From Truepera sp. (GTDB lineage: Bacteria; Deinococcota; Deinococci; Deinococcales; Trueperaceae), in contig JBMDWS010000371.1 of the NCBI GenBank assembly GCA_048594695.1, positions 1 to 52,302 of the forward strand: a DNA stretch of 52,302 bases. Direction: 5' to 3'. Below, piece by piece: positions 11,501 through 21,443 of the stretch. The position numbers and the translations under genes are program-made. Within the stretch, counting starts at the first letter, position 1, and every line of letters begins with the position of its first letter. Under the pieces are notes generated by a model. The model ran no database searches. It was not told the origin of the DNA and saw nothing but the letters and a program-made list of their open reading frames with translations.

Positions 11501-11612
11501 GGCTGACAACGAGCATCAAGAGACCAATGAACGGGCTGTAGGCGGGTAAGAAGGCAAAGCCGAGACCCAAAATAAACGTCAGACCCTTGGTAAGGGGCGA
11601 CAAAACGGTCAT
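8511..11612 (-). CDS. Fusion: O-antigen ligase-like (Wzy_C) domain with a periplasmic CBM-like insert, joined to a WbaP/WcaJ-type polyprenyl-phosphate sugar-1-phosphate transferase
   Basis: Multi-TM N-half with SGSREA and HAHSLPLQILFERGLVG. C-half has a Rossmann-like ILGAGKAG and Bac_transf motifs KFRSM, SLDELTQLLNVVRGEMSLVGPRP, KPGMTGYWQV, YVRNWSLWWD. Confidence 0.88.
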   Translation of the reverse strand: MTVLSPLTKGLTFILGLGFAFLPAYSPFIGLLMLVVSRWRLMRSDLLWLGAALLLALPFGVHHGLQGFLFGALQIVAPWLIYRAFAILHLSKIGRESLESSWIGVGLLTGLALLVGLGVYDALGGTLSPALPGELESLPQTSLYGHTVLTLGALVAILLPKLRWQLLSLTLAALGVLVSGSREAAIAWIIVALALSLVGTTRAPQRRLITVLAFGTTLLGAALLGPLFGWGNSGFLIDVAPVTAQSKNLLQGTEVGNGSWWDPVGVRVKDTTLSFENPPLTTYLVTKLQPGSGARLQQVVPLTKGEAYTLSLWLWREDSTLETGIRGSWQSSSGGDALTLEAALIGDDWRAAASGPGRVLDAGVLETRGLWQRVYVTFVYEGKVDTVDGSLGFAPDQRGVAGSEAAFAGLQLEYGLSPTRYAPAPAARGLSLQRARLTQWQTAWQGFTASPVWGQSVPFADYFRQLWPDQQAPNHAHSLPLQILFERGLVGFMGFLLFLAALTQVALRKGDAAFLAVIAALGAANLFDVTLFSGQLLYPLAAVAGWRAAVYRYARTGERDSAMRQLGVRLALMFTDFTMTLIAFTLAIWTRKYVGEWFGMSPIFTGADSLELARYALLLWPAMAWREGLYPGYGLTEAQELQKHVAASAYAGLILAVGTVLFTRELVVPRSILILTIIFSMVLAPLGRALIKRLLNHWRLWGRAVVILGAGKAGRRIARALSARPLDGLHPIAFFDDDPDKQALTLEGLRVRGKLSDADLFALRRGVQHAIVAIPTATPQLLSGLINTRGRIFRRVQFIPDLVNLPSQGVYASDLDGMLALEVRLGLYSRINQSVKRAVDLLGSVLGGLLISPILIALALWVRLDSPGSAFYWSTRIGQKGKPFKCLKFRSMYQDADARLQEMMRDDPKVREEYERFHKLEHDPRITRAGAFIRNYSLDELTQLLNVVRGEMSLVGPRPYLVQELPDMRGMQDVILEAKPGMTGYWQVTGRADVTFEERLEMEAQYVRNWSLWWDIVILVQTVIAVLARRGAR

Positions 11613-13516
11613 TTGCCCGGAGCCTGCGGAGAAGAGAACGCGGTCACAGCCCCATTATGCGCTCGCCTCGAGGATACAGAGCGAGGAAAGGGCGAAGGTG
11701 CGCTTAAGGTGGCGAGGCCCAGCATCAGGGTGAAGAGAACCCCGCTGTAATAAAGGGTGGTGTCGAAGAGGTTCATGAGGAGCACGCTACCCACCAGGAT
11801 GAGCGCAGGCACGCCGCCCTGGCGCGCTGCGTAGACGAGCAAACCTGCGCTCAGTGCCAACGCTGACAGGAGGCCGAGAACACCGTAGGAGACAGCCGAC
11901 TCGAGCCAGAAGTTGTGCGCGTGCTGCACCGCCTCGCCGCCGTAGTTCGCTGCCCAGTAAAGGCTGAAGCCGCCTTCGCCCAGACCCCGTAAAGGGTGCG
12001 CCGTAAAGGCGTCCCAGGCGGCTGACCAGATATCGCTACGGGCGGTGATCTGACTGAAACTCAGTAGGCGCAGAGCAGAAAGCTGTGGCAGAGCGCGGGC
12101 TAGTCCCAGTAGGACGGCTGCTCCGAAGAGGGCTGCGAGCGCGAGACCGGGGCGCCACTTTCGGGGGAGCCAGAGCCAGGCCAGCCCCAAAAGCCCCGCG
12201 ACGACCCCAAGGAGCGCGGCGCGGCTCCCGGTCAGGAACATATCGAAGAGGGTAATGCCCGCACCGAGCGCGCCCCAAAGGGGCGACGCCAAGCTGACGA
12301 AGGCGAGGCCCAAGGTGCCCAGAGAGTGTCCTGCAAGGTTGGGGTCGCTAAAGACGATGGTCTGCCGGGCACTGCTGACGGCTTCGGAGAATCTCGTTCC
12401 GTCTGGACCGCGGACGGCGACGTTACGGGTCTCGAGCCGTAGTCCGTCACCAGTACTTAGCGCGACCGAGAGGGTTTCCGTAGATCGTGACCCTCTGACC
12501 AGGGGGCGCTCGAGGGTCTGCCAGGCCGCTGTAGGGATAAAAGAAAAGCCCGATTGCGACTCGGGCGGTGCGCCCCAGTTGACCTGAAGTGCCGCGCCCT
12601 GCGGTTGCAAGGGTCCCAGCGGAGTCAGACCGCGATAAAAGAATATCCGCCGCAGATCGAGCGTTTCGCCCCCAAAACCCTGGATCAGTATGCGAACGAC
12701 GTGTGCTTGTGGGTCGATTTCATCGGGTACGCGCCAGGACAGGCTGTAGCGCTGCCAATCGTCGGTGAGGGTAATGGGCAGACAGCGCCCACCCCCGCGT
12801 TCGTTCCAGGCCTGGAGTAGGACGCCGAAACAGTCGCGGCCCCCGATCGGTTCACCCCGCTGAAGGGGGGGGGACACGCTTTCTCCCCGGTCGGGGGTGC
12901 CGGGTGGGGGTGCCCGGCGTATCTCCAGGATGACCTTGAATATGCGCGTTTTAAGGCTCTCGTGAGTGTCGAAAGTGCGCATGAGGTAAGGCTGGCCTTC
13001 GTTTTCCGTGCGTTCCGGTACAGTGACGCGGGTAAAGGGAACGCCACCTGCACTGAGGGGCGTGAGCCTAAAGCGTGCGTTCGAGCGGTACCAGTCCCAG
13101 CCAGGTTTTCCCTGTAGCAGCCGTACGTCTAGGCGCAGGCTCGCCCGCTCGATATCCGGGGCGTGCCACGACCGATAGCCCACGTTTTGTACCGTGTTTT
13201 GACCCTTCAGGGCGCTCCAGATCCCGGCTTTGTCGGAAACCTGCCAGTCATTGCGCGACAGTTCACGTTCCAAAACACCTGCGGCTGTGAAGACAAGGAG
13301 GGTTGCCAAGATAATCCAGCGAAAGGTACGGGGCAGGGGCAAGAGGGCTACGGTGCAGGCGACCGCGAGTTGCAGTGCTGCGCCGATGATTGCGCCGACC
13401 GACTGTCCGAACAACAGGGCGTAAAGCAGCAGGGGAAGCGTCGTCGCCAGCCATACCAAGGTGAGCGGTTTGACGCGCCCGCGTGGGGGAAAACGCTTCA
13501 GCTGCGCGCCTCCCAA
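11609..13516 (-). CDS. O-antigen ligase family protein with a large periplasmic domain
   Basis: DPNLAG, LTGSRAA, RSDIW, HPLRGLG, HAHNFWLE motifs typical of Wzy_C/WaaL. About 290-aa soluble insert. Exact start uncertain. Confidence 0.82.
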   Translation of the reverse strand: MGGAQLKRFPPRGRVKPLTLVWLATTLPLLLYALLFGQSVGAIIGAALQLAVACTVALLPLPRTFRWIILATLLVFTAAGVLERELSRNDWQVSDKAGIWSALKGQNTVQNVGYRSWHAPDIERASLRLDVRLLQGKPGWDWYRSNARFRLTPLSAGGVPFTRVTVPERTENEGQPYLMRTFDTHESLKTRIFKVILEIRRAPPPGTPDRGESVSPPLQRGEPIGGRDCFGVLLQAWNERGGGRCLPITLTDDWQRYSLSWRVPDEIDPQAHVVRILIQGFGGETLDLRRIFFYRGLTPLGPLQPQGAALQVNWGAPPESQSGFSFIPTAAWQTLERPLVRGSRSTETLSVALSTGDGLRLETRNVAVRGPDGTRFSEAVSSARQTIVFSDPNLAGHSLGTLGLAFVSLASPLWGALGAGITLFDMFLTGSRAALLGVVAGLLGLAWLWLPRKWRPGLALAALFGAAVLLGLARALPQLSALRLLSFSQITARSDIWSAAWDAFTAHPLRGLGEGGFSLYWAANYGGEAVQHAHNFWLESAVSYGVLGLLSALALSAGLLVYAARQGGVPALILVGSVLLMNLFDTTLYYSGVLFTLMLGLATLSAPSPFPRSVSSRRAHNGAVTAFSSPQAPGK

Positions 13517-14694
13517 AAGGCTGCGTACTTCTCTGTAACGAAGCGCTCGAATTCAGCGCGAAAGCGTGGCACCGAAAAGCTCTCGGCGTGTTCCCGCAGG
13601 GCGTGCGGATCGAAACGCGCGTCCTCGAAGCGGGCGAGGGCGCGCCGCAGGCTTTCCGGCGTCTGCTCCTCGAAATAGACGCCCGTGGGTTCGGGATCGT
13701 CCAGGCCGCGCACGGTCTCGAGGCTTCCGCCCTTGCCGAAAGCGATGACCGGGGTGCCGCAGGCCTGCGCCTCGAGCGGCACGATGCCGAAGTCCTCTTC
13801 AGCAGCGAAGATAAAGGCCCGGGCGCGCTGCATGTGATCCTTGAGCGCGGCGTAGGGCTGGTAGCCGAGCATCTGCACGTTGGGTCCGGCTTTGGCCCGG
13901 ATTTTCTCGAGGTCGGGGCCGTCGCCGATCACGACGAGGCGCTTGTCAGGCATCTTGGTAAACGCCTCGACGATAAGGTCAACGCGTTTGTAGGGGACGA
14001 GTCTCGAGGCTGTCAGGTAAAAATCGTCTTTGGTCTCGTGCAGGTCGAACTGCGTAGTGTCGACCGGCGGGTAGATGATGGTCGAGGGGCGGCGGTAGAC
14101 GCGGTAGATGCGCCGGGCGATAAAGCGTGAGATAGCGATAAATTCGTCGACGCCGTTGGCCGTTCGGCTGTCCCAGAGGCGCATGTAGTGTAGGATGCTG
14201 CGGGCAACCGTGCTCTTGAGGCCCCGCGTCAGGCCCGAATCGGCCAGGTACGAATGCTGCAGATCCCAGGCGTAGCGAATGGGCGAGTAGCACATGCATA
14301 GGTGCAGCTGATCGGGGCTGGTCAGCACGCCCTTGGCGACTGCGTGTGAGCTCGAGACGATAAGGTCGTAGTTGCCGAGGTCGAACTGTTCGACGGCCAT
14401 GGGCATGAGCGGCAGATACTGACGGTACTGCGTCTTGGCAAAGGGAAGGCGCTGCAAGAACGAGGTGGTGACGGGCTTGTTGTGGATAAAGCCGCGGCCT
14501 TCCGGGGGTAAAAAGTCCACGAGGCTGAAGAGGTCGGCCTGGGGCAGGATGTGAAGCATTTGCTCGAGCACGCGCTCGGCCCCGGCGTAGACGGTGAGCC
14601 AGTCGTGGATGATGGCGACGCGGGCGTTTTGCAGGATAGACGGGTCGGAGAGTCTTGGTGCCCCGGTCGCGGCACTCAACGTTTTGTCAGGCAT
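13498..14694 (-). CDS. GT4 glycosyltransferase (WbaZ-like)
   Basis: HDWLTVYAGAERVL, SRLVPYKR, EEDFGIVPLEAQACG. Confidence 0.92.
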   Translation of the reverse strand: MPDKTLSAATGAPRLSDPSILQNARVAIIHDWLTVYAGAERVLEQMLHILPQADLFSLVDFLPPEGRGFIHNKPVTTSFLQRLPFAKTQYRQYLPLMPMAVEQFDLGNYDLIVSSSHAVAKGVLTSPDQLHLCMCYSPIRYAWDLQHSYLADSGLTRGLKSTVARSILHYMRLWDSRTANGVDEFIAISRFIARRIYRVYRRPSTIIYPPVDTTQFDLHETKDDFYLTASRLVPYKRVDLIVEAFTKMPDKRLVVIGDGPDLEKIRAKAGPNVQMLGYQPYAALKDHMQRARAFIFAAEEDFGIVPLEAQACGTPVIAFGKGGSLETVRGLDDPEPTGVYFEEQTPESLRRALARFEDARFDPHALREHAESFSVPRFRAEFERFVTEKYAAFWEARS

Positions 14695-15616
14695 AGCGCG
14701 ACCTTTCGAAGGCTAGCATGTCGGATAGGGTTTTCTCAAGAGAAATAGTAGGCTCCCAGCCGATCTCCGAGCGGGCTTTGTTGGCGCTGCCCACCAGTTC
14801 AGGAATGTCGGTGGCGCGCACCCGGGACGCTTCGGTCTCGAGCCGGACGGGCACACGTGCCTCGGCCATGACCCGCTCCGCGAGTTCGCGTACCGACACG
14901 CCCCGGCCCGAGGCAAGGTTGTAGACGTCGCCGCTTCTACCCTGCCTTAATAGCAGGGGGTAAGCGCGGACGATGTCGCGCACGTCGGTAAAGTCGCGAA
15001 CCGAATCCAGGTTGCCAAGCTTGATTACGGCCTCGCGCTGGCCCGCCTCGATCTGGGCGAGCTGCTGCACCAGCGTAGGGAAGAGAAAGTCGGGCGACTG
15101 CCCTGGTCCTACGTGGTTGAAAGGGCGCACGCGCACGACCCGGTTGCCTGCAAGGGCGTAAGGGATCGCGGCAAGGTCCGCAGCGGCCTTGCTCGAGCCG
15201 TAGTGGTTGACCGGGACAAGCGGGGTCGTTTCGGCGAGCGTACCCGTGTGTGCGCCGTAGGCGTAGGCGCTGCCGACGACCAGTACGCTGGCACCATGGG
15301 TGCTGGCAGCCTCGAGGACGTTTAAAGTACCCATCAGGTTCACGCCAAAAAAGTCCTGAACCAGTCCGGAACCCGGTCGGGTAACGCCCGCGAGATGATA
15401 AACCTCGTCAGGAGCAAGGTCACGCACAGTGCGGGAGACCGCCTGCGCGTCGCACACGTCTAGGGAGATCGGGGATGAGGCCGCCGTGCCACGGTCTCCG
15501 GGCCGCAAGCTGGTGCTATAGACCTCAGTGCCGAGGCGCGTCAACTCTTGCTGTAAATAGGTGCCGACAAAACCGTTCCCGCCTGTAATCAGCGCCTTTA
15601 TCCCTGTGCGCGTCAC
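14687..15616 (-). CDS. rmd: GDP-4-keto-6-deoxy-D-mannose reductase (Rmd-like SDR)
   Basis: ITGGNGFVG, YGSSK, RPFNHVGPGQS, LGNLDSVRDFTDVRD; directly downstream of gmd. Confidence 0.8.
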   Translation of the reverse strand: MTRTGIKALITGGNGFVGTYLQQELTRLGTEVYSTSLRPGDRGTAASSPISLDVCDAQAVSRTVRDLAPDEVYHLAGVTRPGSGLVQDFFGVNLMGTLNVLEAASTHGASVLVVGSAYAYGAHTGTLAETTPLVPVNHYGSSKAAADLAAIPYALAGNRVVRVRPFNHVGPGQSPDFLFPTLVQQLAQIEAGQREAVIKLGNLDSVRDFTDVRDIVRAYPLLLRQGRSGDVYNLASGRGVSVRELAERVMAEARVPVRLETEASRVRATDIPELVGSANKARSEIGWEPTISLEKTLSDMLAFERSRYA

Positions 15617-15624
15617 GAACGTCT

Positions 15625-16644
<1,020 letters not shown>

Positions 16645-16651
16645 TTAACCT

Positions 16652-17710
16652 TCAAAGCTCGAGCGCCTGCTCAGTTAAGCTCAGCACTTCGCTTGTGCAG
16701 CGGTCCCAGCTGAAGCGTTCGGCCTGTTTTTGTCCAGCCTCGCGCAAGCGGGCTTGCAGGGTGGTGTCCTGCATAAACTGACCGATTTTACCAGCAATGT
16801 CGGTCTCGGAGTAGGGGTCGAAGTAGAGCGCGGCGTCGCCGCAGACCTCGGGGAGTGAGGCTGCGTTCGAAACCAGGACCGGGCAACCGAGCGTCATCGC
16901 CTCGAGCGGCGGAATTCCGAAGCCTTCATAGTAGGCGGGGTGGATAAAGCCTGTGGCGTTTTCATAGAGGGCGCGCAGCTCGCCGTCTGAGACGTAACCG
17001 ACGTGGGTCACGCTTTTGGGCAGTTTGAGTCCCTCGCCGTGAACGCGGGTGTTGCTGCCCCCGGCGATGACAATGCGAAAGGGGGTCTCGCCGAGAAGAG
17101 CCAGCGCACCGAGCAGGCGCGCGAAGTTTTTGTGCGGACTGTTGCTGCCGACCGCCAGGAGATAAGGTCCCGTGAGTCCGTGTCGGGTGAGGATACCGGG
17201 ATCACTCATGTGCTCGAGCACATGCTCTTTACCAAGGTAAACGACCTGCTGTTTCCCTACAGGAATACGGGCGTAGCGAGTGAGTTCCCGCTCGGAAAAA
17301 TGTGAGTCGGTGATAATTTGCCGCGCTGTTCGGCCTAGCGTCGTAAAAAGGATCCGGTACCATGAGCGGAAAGCCAGAGAGTAGGCTTCTGGTACAGCAA
17401 AAGGTGAAGCGTCATGGAGGATGACGACCTGTCGAGGGTGAAAGAGCGGCCCGGTGTTGGTCATGCCAAGAAGCGTGCCGTGGCGTGCGTAGCGGGGCAG
17501 CTCGAGCTGCTCCCACAAGTGTCCCGTGCGGTTTCCGACGACCTCTGCCCCCAGAAATTCTGCGAGTTCCGGGAAGAGGACTCCTTTGGGTGTCAGAAAG
17601 CGAGTTTTGGGCCGCAAAACTTTGATGCGCTTACTGACCTCGGTTGCGACGCGCTGCACGCCGACAAGGTTCTGGGTTAGGAAGCGGGCATTGACGAAGA
17701 GTTCGCTCAT
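16652..17710 (-). CDS. GT4 (group 1) glycosyltransferase
   Basis: VNARFLTQ..GVQR, WEQLELP, YEGFGIPPLEAM..GCP. Confidence 0.92.
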   Translation of the reverse strand: MSELFVNARFLTQNLVGVQRVATEVSKRIKVLRPKTRFLTPKGVLFPELAEFLGAEVVGNRTGHLWEQLELPRYARHGTLLGMTNTGPLFHPRQVVILHDASPFAVPEAYSLAFRSWYRILFTTLGRTARQIITDSHFSERELTRYARIPVGKQQVVYLGKEHVLEHMSDPGILTRHGLTGPYLLAVGSNSPHKNFARLLGALALLGETPFRIVIAGGSNTRVHGEGLKLPKSVTHVGYVSDGELRALYENATGFIHPAYYEGFGIPPLEAMTLGCPVLVSNAASLPEVCGDAALYFDPYSETDIAGKIGQFMQDTTLQARLREAGQKQAERFSWDRCTSEVLSLTEQALEL

Positions 17711-19056
17711 GTGTGCGGAGCGTGTAGAGGCGCGGCAAAGCCCCAGTACCGATAGAGATAAAGCAGCACGCCGATATTGATCCAGAAGAAGGCGTGCAGA
17801 AATTCGTAGCCGATAAACATATTGAGAAAAATGGTCAGGGCTCCGATCAGAAAGGGGAGATAGTGCTCGCGTTGCCCCTGCGAAAGCCGTGGCAGCGCGG
17901 CGAAGAACTTACCAAAAAGCACGCTGAACAAAAGGGCGATAAGACCAAAACCAAACGCGCCGGTCTCGGCGAAAATGGCGACGATATCGTTTCCTGCCGA
18001 ATAGTTGGGATTGGTGTTGGGATCGCCGAAAAGCACCTCGCCCCGGTAGGTGCCGTACTGCCCGACGCCGATGCCGTCGAAGGGTTGCTCGCGAATGATC
18101 GTCGTCAGGATACCCAGATTCTCGAGCCGGTCGGTAAAGGCCTGGGCCTGAAAGCCCTGCTCGAGGGTGGTTCTGAAGACGGGGAGCGAGCTGACAAAGG
18201 CGACGCCGGGGGGAATCGCCAGCACCAGCAGAGCACCAAAGACGAGGCGGTAGCGTTTGTAGGTCGCATCGATATAGATAGCTACGGCGACCAGCGAGAT
18301 AAGTGCAAACTTCGACTGCGACAGCAGCAGCGCGAGGAGTCCGAGAAGGGCCAGCGGCCAGAAGTAACGGACGTAGCGACGGCTCAGCATCAGCATCAGG
18401 CCTGTCAGGTAGGCTACCGAAAACTGTTGCGGCTCAGCCGTTGCGCCCGCCAAGCGTGGCAGGAACGAGGCTGTCGGCCAGACGCCTAGCGACCCGCCAA
18501 ACGAATGGGCGAGGATTTCGTTGGTGCTGCGGTAGCCGCTCCAGTAGAGGAGCAGCAGGATATAGGCTACGACGATAGATAGCGCGGCGCTGACGACGAG
18601 GAGCGCCTCGAGCCGCCCGAAGCTGACGAGGCCGTGCTCGAGGGCGTAGTAGACGAGAAACGCGGTGGTAAAGACCGCTACGTATTTCGAGGTCTCGCTC
18701 AGGTAGCGGAGCCAGGAAAAGACCTCGTTGCTGCTGGCGTTGACGACTGTGGTGAGGGCCAGCACCATGAAAAAGATCAGCGCGACGCTTAGAAAGAAGC
18801 GCACGGCGCGGTTGGCCCGAAAGCCGCCGCGCAGGGTGATCGCCAGGAACAGGAGGCCGAGACCGACCCAGGCCAAAAGTCGCTGAAAGGGTAGCGCGAC
18901 CCCGCCGACGTCAGGGATGCGAAACCAGGGGAACGAATAGATTAAGACCAGCGCGTAGACCGTAAAGGCCAAAAGAGGCGGATTGCGGAGCAGGCTGAAT
19001 AGCCGCGCGTACAGGTGGCTGACCTTGAGCTGTTTTGGCGCTTCGGCCTCGATCAC
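17707..19056 (-). CDS. Wzy-like polymerase / O-antigen ligase family membrane protein
   Basis: About 11 TM helices with RLAGATAEP, SQSK, PFDGIGVGQY and AETGAFG motifs; inside the glycan cluster. Confidence 0.75.
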   Translation of the reverse strand: MIEAEAPKQLKVSHLYARLFSLLRNPPLLAFTVYALVLIYSFPWFRIPDVGGVALPFQRLLAWVGLGLLFLAITLRGGFRANRAVRFFLSVALIFFMVLALTTVVNASSNEVFSWLRYLSETSKYVAVFTTAFLVYYALEHGLVSFGRLEALLVVSAALSIVVAYILLLLYWSGYRSTNEILAHSFGGSLGVWPTASFLPRLAGATAEPQQFSVAYLTGLMLMLSRRYVRYFWPLALLGLLALLLSQSKFALISLVAVAIYIDATYKRYRLVFGALLVLAIPPGVAFVSSLPVFRTTLEQGFQAQAFTDRLENLGILTTIIREQPFDGIGVGQYGTYRGEVLFGDPNTNPNYSAGNDIVAIFAETGAFGFGLIALLFSVLFGKFFAALPRLSQGQREHYLPFLIGALTIFLNMFIGYEFLHAFFWINIGVLLYLYRYWGFAAPLHAPHT

Positions 19057-19091
19057 GACGCTCCTAGGAGACTTCCGACGTTTAGTTTACC

Positions 19092-20021
19092 TTAGGTTTT
19101 ACTGCCACGCTCGAGCTCCCCTGCGCGCAGCATGATCCGGAGAATGAGGAGCGCGCGGTCCCACTGACGGCGGCGCAGCCTGTTGAGAAGTGCTGCCAGC
19201 ATCCCCAGGTAGACGCTCGGCAGGGCGTAGGGGTAAAAGCGCCGGGTAAAGCGCACACGGTTTCTGAGCGAATAGAAGTCCGATGTGTAGCTCTTGCTGT
19301 CTTTGGCCGCGTCGCTGCCGCCGATGCTCGAGCCCTCTTTGTGGTAGACGAGGCTCTTTGCCGCGTAGCCGAGCCCGAAGGTGCCACGGGCGCGCGCCGC
19401 CCAGTCGAGCTCCTCGAAGTAGAGAAAATAGTCCTCCTGCAAGAGCCCGATCCGTTCCAGAAAGGCCCTCGAGGCCAGAATCGACGCGCCGATGAGGTAG
19501 TCGATCTGCCCCTCGACAGCCTCCTCATCGATATGCTGCGCCAGCGGCTGGTGCTGCCCGACGTGAGCAACCGTGCCGAGCCAGCGGTTGTAGCGGGCGC
19601 CGCCCAGTGCCTGCACGATGTCCCGCTGCGCTTCGTAGAGCAGCGTCGAGCCGCACAGCCCGAGGCCGGGGTCGGCCTGCATTTTCGCGACGAGGACGCT
19701 GAGACTGTCCGGTTCGACAAGCGTGTCGTTGTTGAGAAGCCAGACGTAGGCCGCGCCGTTTGACAGCGCGTAGCGCAGCCCCACGTTGTTGCCGCCCGCG
19801 AAACCCAGGTTGGCCCCGCTCTGGAGCAGGGTCAGATCCGGATGCAACTCGCGCAGGCGCGCTTCCGACCCATCGGTCGAGGCGTTATCGACGACGAGAA
19901 CCTCGACGTTCGGGTAGTTCAGACCAGCGAGCGACTTCAGGCAGGCGTCGGTGTCCCGCCAGCCGTTCCAGTTGAGCAGAACGACGTAGACGAGCGGTGA
20001 AGCGTCAGCGGCCGACGCCAA
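19092..20021 (-). CDS. GT2 glycosyltransferase (rhamnosyltransferase-like)
   Basis: VLLNWNG, VVDNASTDGS, NLGFAGGNN, LLNNDT, YFLYFEELDW. Confidence 0.92.
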   Translation of the reverse strand: MASAADASPLVYVVLLNWNGWRDTDACLKSLAGLNYPNVEVLVVDNASTDGSEARLRELHPDLTLLQSGANLGFAGGNNVGLRYALSNGAAYVWLLNNDTLVEPDSLSVLVAKMQADPGLGLCGSTLLYEAQRDIVQALGGARYNRWLGTVAHVGQHQPLAQHIDEEAVEGQIDYLIGASILASRAFLERIGLLQEDYFLYFEELDWAARARGTFGLGYAAKSLVYHKEGSSIGGSDAAKDSKSYTSDFYSLRNRVRFTRRFYPYALPSVYLGMLAALLNRLRRRQWDRALLILRIMLRAGELERGSKT

Positions 20022-21363
20022 GGTAGGTCAGGCCCGCCTCGTGAACGCTTTCGGGCTCAAGCATGTTGCGCGCGTCGAGGATCAGGTCGCCGCGCATCGC
20101 GCCCTTGATCTCGGCGAGTGGCAGGCGCGTGTACTCGGGCCAGTCGGTGACGACCACGAGCGCGTCGGCACCCTGGGCAAGACTCACCACGTCGTCGCAG
20201 TACTCGACGGGAAGCTCCGGGAAAAAGCGCTGCGCGTTGGGCATGGCGATAGGGTCGTGGACCTTGATGATCGCGCCCCGCTCGCTCAAATGCGCGATGA
20301 GGGTGAGTGCCTGAGCGTCGCGCAGGTCGTCGGTGTTGCCCTTGAAGGCGAGCCCCAGGAGCCCGATGGTCGTGCCGCGCAGAACCTTGAGGTGGCGCTG
20401 CAACTTGTCGATGACGTGCAGGCGCTGCTCTGCATTCACGGCAATAGCCGACTCGACGATGGGCATCTTGTAGTTGTAGCTTTTGGCGGTCGCGATGATC
20501 GCGCGCGTGTCCTTACCAAAGCACGAGCCGCCCCAGCCGATTCCAGCGCTTAGGAACTTGCCGCCGATGCGACTGTCGAGGCCGATGGCCCGGGCGACCT
20601 CGGTGATGTCCGCGCCGACATGTTCGGCGAGGCGCGAAAACTCGTTGATAAAGGAGATTTTTGTTGCCAGAAACGAATTCGCCGCGTACTTGGTCAGCTC
20701 GGCGCTCGTCGGCGTCGTGGTGATCAGGGAGGGCAGCGTGTAGCGCTCGGGACGAGGCGTTTCCTTGGGTGCGGGAAAGGTCTGCTCGAGAAAGGGTGCG
20801 TAGAGTTCGTGCAGCATACCGACCGCGGTAGGGTCGTCGGCCCCGATCACCACGCGATCGGGGTAAAGCGTGTCGTGCATGGCGCGACCTTCTGCCAGAA
20901 ACTCGGGATTCGAGGCGACCCAGACGCTGGCCCCGACGCCGCGGGCGCTGAGCGCCCGGGTGATGATGCCCTCGACGTGCCGGGCGCTGCCGATTGGAAC
21001 CGTCGATTTGTTGACGACGACGAGACGGGCTCCCTCGCCGATGCGCTCGGCGACCTCTTTGGCGGCGATATCGACGTACTGCATGTCGGCAGCGTCGCCG
21101 TCCTGGCGGGTTGGTGTGCTGACGGCGATAAAGACTACGCCACTGCCCTCGAGCGCGGGAAGCTCGGTCCCGAAGTGCAGGTTGTTTTTGGCGAGGCTTA
21201 GCAGCTCCTCGAGGCCGGGTTCGTGGATGGTGGCTTTACCTGCCTGCAGCGTTTCGACGATGCGCGGGTTTTTATCGACGCAGGTGACCTTGTGACCGAC
21301 GTAGGCGAGGGCGATGCCGGTCGTGAGGCCGACGTAACCGGTTCCGATGATGGTGACGTTCAT
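20005..21363 (-). CDS. ugd: UDP-glucose/GDP-mannose dehydrogenase
   Basis: IGTGYVG, KSTVP, NPEFL, AELTKYAAN, catalytic GGSCFGKD, AFKGNTDDLRD. Confidence 0.93.
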   Translation of the reverse strand: MNVTIIGTGYVGLTTGIALAYVGHKVTCVDKNPRIVETLQAGKATIHEPGLEELLSLAKNNLHFGTELPALEGSGVVFIAVSTPTRQDGDAADMQYVDIAAKEVAERIGEGARLVVVNKSTVPIGSARHVEGIITRALSARGVGASVWVASNPEFLAEGRAMHDTLYPDRVVIGADDPTAVGMLHELYAPFLEQTFPAPKETPRPERYTLPSLITTTPTSAELTKYAANSFLATKISFINEFSRLAEHVGADITEVARAIGLDSRIGGKFLSAGIGWGGSCFGKDTRAIIATAKSYNYKMPIVESAIAVNAEQRLHVIDKLQRHLKVLRGTTIGLLGLAFKGNTDDLRDAQALTLIAHLSERGAIIKVHDPIAMPNAQRFFPELPVEYCDDVVSLAQGADALVVVTDWPEYTRLPLAEIKGAMRGDLILDARNMLEPESVHEAGLTYLGVGR

Positions 21364-21443
21364 AAGACTTCCTTTGCAACCAGAGCTCTAGGGGTAGTGA
21401 GCCAGAGGCGGGTTTAGGCGACGGTGAGCCAGAAGCGAGGGGA

